Shown piece by piece: positions 16,485 through 18,424 of a stretch of 18,424 bases of DNA. Within the stretch, counting starts at the first letter, position 1; every line of letters starts with the position of its first letter. The notes beneath the pieces were generated by a model. The model had not been told where the DNA came from. It saw only the letters and a list, made by a program, of their open reading frames with translations, and made no database searches. Source of the DNA: Candidatus Micrarchaeota archaeon (GTDB lineage: Archaea > Iainarchaeota > Iainarchaeia > JAADDC01); assembly GCA_027046625.1 (NCBI GenBank), contig JALTXX010000011.1, positions 1 through 18,424 of the forward strand. The letters run 5' to 3'. A program made the translations under genes and the position numbers.

Positions 16485-17543
16485 GTGAACAAAAACCTTC
16501 TCATCTATAGACTTACAGAGCTGGGTCTCTCACCCCTCGAGGTGGTAGAGGTTTTGGAGGAATTGGGAGAAGAATGGACAGAAGATGATGTGTATAACGT
16601 TCTAAAACATGTAAACAGAGAAGCAGCGGAGGAATTTCGAAAAGGAATGAGATTATCTGTATGGAGATCGGATCTTAGAAAGGAGGGATTCAATAGAAAG
16701 AGAATTGTGGATTCTCTTGTGAGGGAAACCAACATACCCCGCTCTGTGGCAGAAAAGATTGCAAAGGAAGTAGAGGACAGAATACGCTCCTCCAATTTCA
16801 CCTTTCTTACAAGCTCCCTCATCAGGGAGATGGTACTCATAAAGCTGTTAGAGTACGGAAAGGAGGATGCATACAGAAGATATGCAAGGCTTGGAATACC
16901 AGTATACGATCTTTCTACTATGGAAGGCAACCCAAGGGATGAGATCGTTAAAAGGATTCTTACACAGTATTCCATCGTCTACATTCTTCCTGATACCCTC
17001 AGAAACGCCCTTTTCGAGGGTTATATAGATATAGGGGGCATAGCAAATCCTTTTGTACACTACGGACTGGCGTACCACTCAAGGGTATCGCAGAAGGAGA
17101 GGTGGCTTACTGGCTTGTTCCAATACCTTGGTGAAAGGAACTTTGTATCAGAACCATCTATCTATATACCCCCTTTTGAAGGAATAGAGGAGATGGTAGA
17201 ACCTCTAAAGAGGGGCTACAAGGCAATACTATGGTCAGATGAAAATATTGAAGGTGTTATAAGGTCTGAGGATCCGGTATTCTCCTTCGGAAGGGTGCCA
17301 GAGAGAAAGGTACTAGACGTGGTGTATATAGATATAGAAAAGATGAGGCTAAACCTTGGAGATGCAAAGATGGAACACTACATGGATGACATCCTAAACG
17401 GACTGGAGGAATACCAGGAAAGGAGGAGGAAACTAGTTAAAGGAGGTAATATATACATAAAACTCAACGGAGACTATCCTATTTACAGATTTAGGGTGAT
17501 AAATGACGAAGAGCTAGCGGATAGCGAGAAAGATAGTAGATAA
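16485..17543 (+). CDS. ATP-cone protein resembling the N-terminal part of archaeal class III ribonucleotide reductase (NrdD); truncated and Cys-free
   Basis: VWRSD...FNRKRIVDSLVRET...AEKIAKEVE...LTSSLIREMV..KLLEYG...YARLGIPVYD and QYSIVYILP..LRNALFEGYIDI follow the archaeal NrdD N-terminal pattern. The protein is only 352 aa, has no Cys and has no RxxGY glycyl-radical motif. Confidence 0.7.
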   Translation: MNKNLLIYRLTELGLSPLEVVEVLEELGEEWTEDDVYNVLKHVNREAAEEFRKGMRLSVWRSDLRKEGFNRKRIVDSLVRETNIPRSVAEKIAKEVEDRIRSSNFTFLTSSLIREMVLIKLLEYGKEDAYRRYARLGIPVYDLSTMEGNPRDEIVKRILTQYSIVYILPDTLRNALFEGYIDIGGIANPFVHYGLAYHSRVSQKERWLTGLFQYLGERNFVSEPSIYIPPFEGIEEMVEPLKRGYKAILWSDENIEGVIRSEDPVFSFGRVPERKVLDVVYIDIEKMRLNLGDAKMEHYMDDILNGLEEYQERRRKLVKGGNIYIKLNGDYPIYRFRVINDEELADSEKDSR

Positions 17544-18093
17544 CAAGTAAGTTTGTAAGGAAAGGGATGGTAAACAACGATGTAAGTACCAGTGAGAGGA
17601 AGGCTCCGGCGGTGCCGCCTACAGCCTCTAAAAAGGCAGCCGTCAACAACAGCACGGAGGATACCAGCAAGAACTCAAGAAACAGTATAGGGTTTCTCCT
17701 CCACACATCCAGTCCACTCATAATATTGTCCATCTCCCCCACATCGTCAAGAGACACCGCCACAGGGTAGAGGAGAAATAATAGGAATATAATGGAAAGA
17801 GGCGGGAAAAGGTAGCTTATAACTACCCCTAACAAAAGGAACACCACAATCCTGAGTATTTTCAATGGGATCTTCTCACTTTCTATCTCTCTCTGGTATC
17901 CTAGCTCCTCTCCAATCCTTCTAGACTGTACAAACAGGAAGATTGCGTACACCAACACTCCCAGCCCCACCACCCAGGAAAGTAAGGAGGAGGGCAGCAC
18001 GCTACCTCCACCCAACACTCCTCCACCCAACAAACCCAACCCTGCAAGGAGGAGCAGCAATGCAGGATATCTATAATCCACCTTCTTCATCAT
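17491..18093 (-). CDS. Hypothetical multi-pass membrane protein (about 5-6 TM helices)
   Basis: Alternating long hydrophobic stretches. The likely start is ATG 18093/18090 (MMKKVDY), not 18177. It overlaps the convergent ATP-cone gene by 53 nt. Confidence 0.75.
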   Translation of the reverse strand: MMKKVDYRYPALLLLLAGLGLLGGGVLGGGSVLPSSLLSWVVGLGVLVYAIFLFVQSRRIGEELGYQREIESEKIPLKILRIVVFLLLGVVISYLFPPLSIIFLLFLLYPVAVSLDDVGEMDNIMSGLDVWRRNPILFLEFLLVSSVLLLTAAFLEAVGGTAGAFLSLVLTSLFTIPFLTNLLVIYYLSRYPLALRHLSP

Positions 18094-18225
18094 CAAAAGG
18101 GCAAGGCCTGAGTACACAGTAATTATGTGGTTACAACCATCATTTAAAGGATGTGCGCAATAATTTTTCACAAACAAAACTACATACTAAAAATATAGAT
18201 AAGGTAAGGAAAGGGTAACACCACA

Positions 18226-18232
18226 TTTAAAA
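18226..18232 (+). promoter_or_regulatory. TATA box of the 23S rRNA gene
   Basis: TTTAAAA about 30 nt before the structured leader. Other AT-rich boxes at 18142-18148 and 18188-18197 may be additional promoters. Confidence 0.5.
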
Positions 18233-18263
18233 CCTTTCTTACCCATCCACTATACAGTTGCTT

Positions 18264-18339
18264 ATGCACCTCAGGATATTCATTCCTGGGGGAAGAGGCT
18301 GACAAGGGGATGACGCCGCCCACAGGAGGTCTAACGGAC
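18264..18339 (+). other. Structured pre-23S leader (spacer-like hairpin and probable 5' strand of the processing stem)
   Basis: ATGCA-CCTCAGGA-tattcat-TCCTGGGG-GAAG hairpin (18269-18291), followed by the GC-rich GGGGATGACGCCGCCC segment. Confidence 0.55.
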
Positions 18340-18424
18340 CGAGGGTACAGGTAACCCGGCTGGTGGATGGCTCGGCTCGGGAGCCGAGGAAGGCCGTGGC
18401 AAGCTGCGATAAGCCCCGGCGAGG
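18340..18424 (+). rRNA. rrl: 23S rRNA, 5' end (partial; exact start approximate)
   Basis: TGGTGGATGGCTCGGCTCGGG..CCGAGGAAGGCCGTGGCAAGCTGCGATAAGCCCCGGCGAGG is the conserved archaeal 23S 5' signature. Confidence 0.95.

Noticed and set aside
16430-16504. N-terminal extension of Lrp in the ORF track (similarly 18094..18177 for the membrane protein)
   Set aside because: The extensions run through promoter or intergenic DNA and precede the recognisable protein starts.
470-17770. Many short antisense or alternate-frame ORFs in the track (e.g. 644..1285, 8413..8802, 11496..11834, 12203..12580, 16505..16975)
   Set aside because: They lie inside well-supported genes, have the Ser/Phe/Leu-rich composition typical of shadow frames, and show no motifs.
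1-18424. CRISPR array, tRNA introns or split-tRNA halves
   Set aside because: No regularly spaced repeats were seen. Both tRNAs are complete and uninterrupted, and the hairpins at 9046-9082 lack D- or T-arm signatures.

Overview
Gene-dense archaeal chromosomal window with no mobile element or CRISPR array. The organism is probably a (hyper)thermophilic DPANN-type lineage; this is inferred from the very GC-rich tRNA/23S stems, leaderless genes, unlinked rRNA, class III signal-peptide surface proteins and a truncated RqcH. Left to right it holds: a partial hypothetical CDS; a Hef-like SF2 helicase with a wHTH tail and no nuclease; a degenerate endonuclease IV-like TIM barrel; an MtrA-like/ThyA/DUF4346 fusion; an Ig-repeat, Cys-rich surface protein; tRNA-Ser(GCT); mre11; DUF72; a pilin-like protein lacking its leader; tRNA-Ala(TGC); a frameshifted micro-ORF; a hypothetical protein; a type IV pilin with an inserted C-type lectin domain; an lrp-topA-rqcH(C-terminal part)-cdc48 operon; a Cys-free remnant of an ATP-cone/NrdD protein; a membrane protein; and the 5' end of a stand-alone 23S rRNA gene. 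The most interesting signals are the EPN-type lectin pilin with neighbouring surface proteins (possible host-recognition toolkit), the rqcH-cdc48 linkage, the apparently dead NrdD-like protein, near-identical DNA tracts between the two Cdc48 AAA domains, repeated single-TATA bidirectional promoters and a dismantled rRNA operon. All family calls come from motif recognition by eye, not from database searches.
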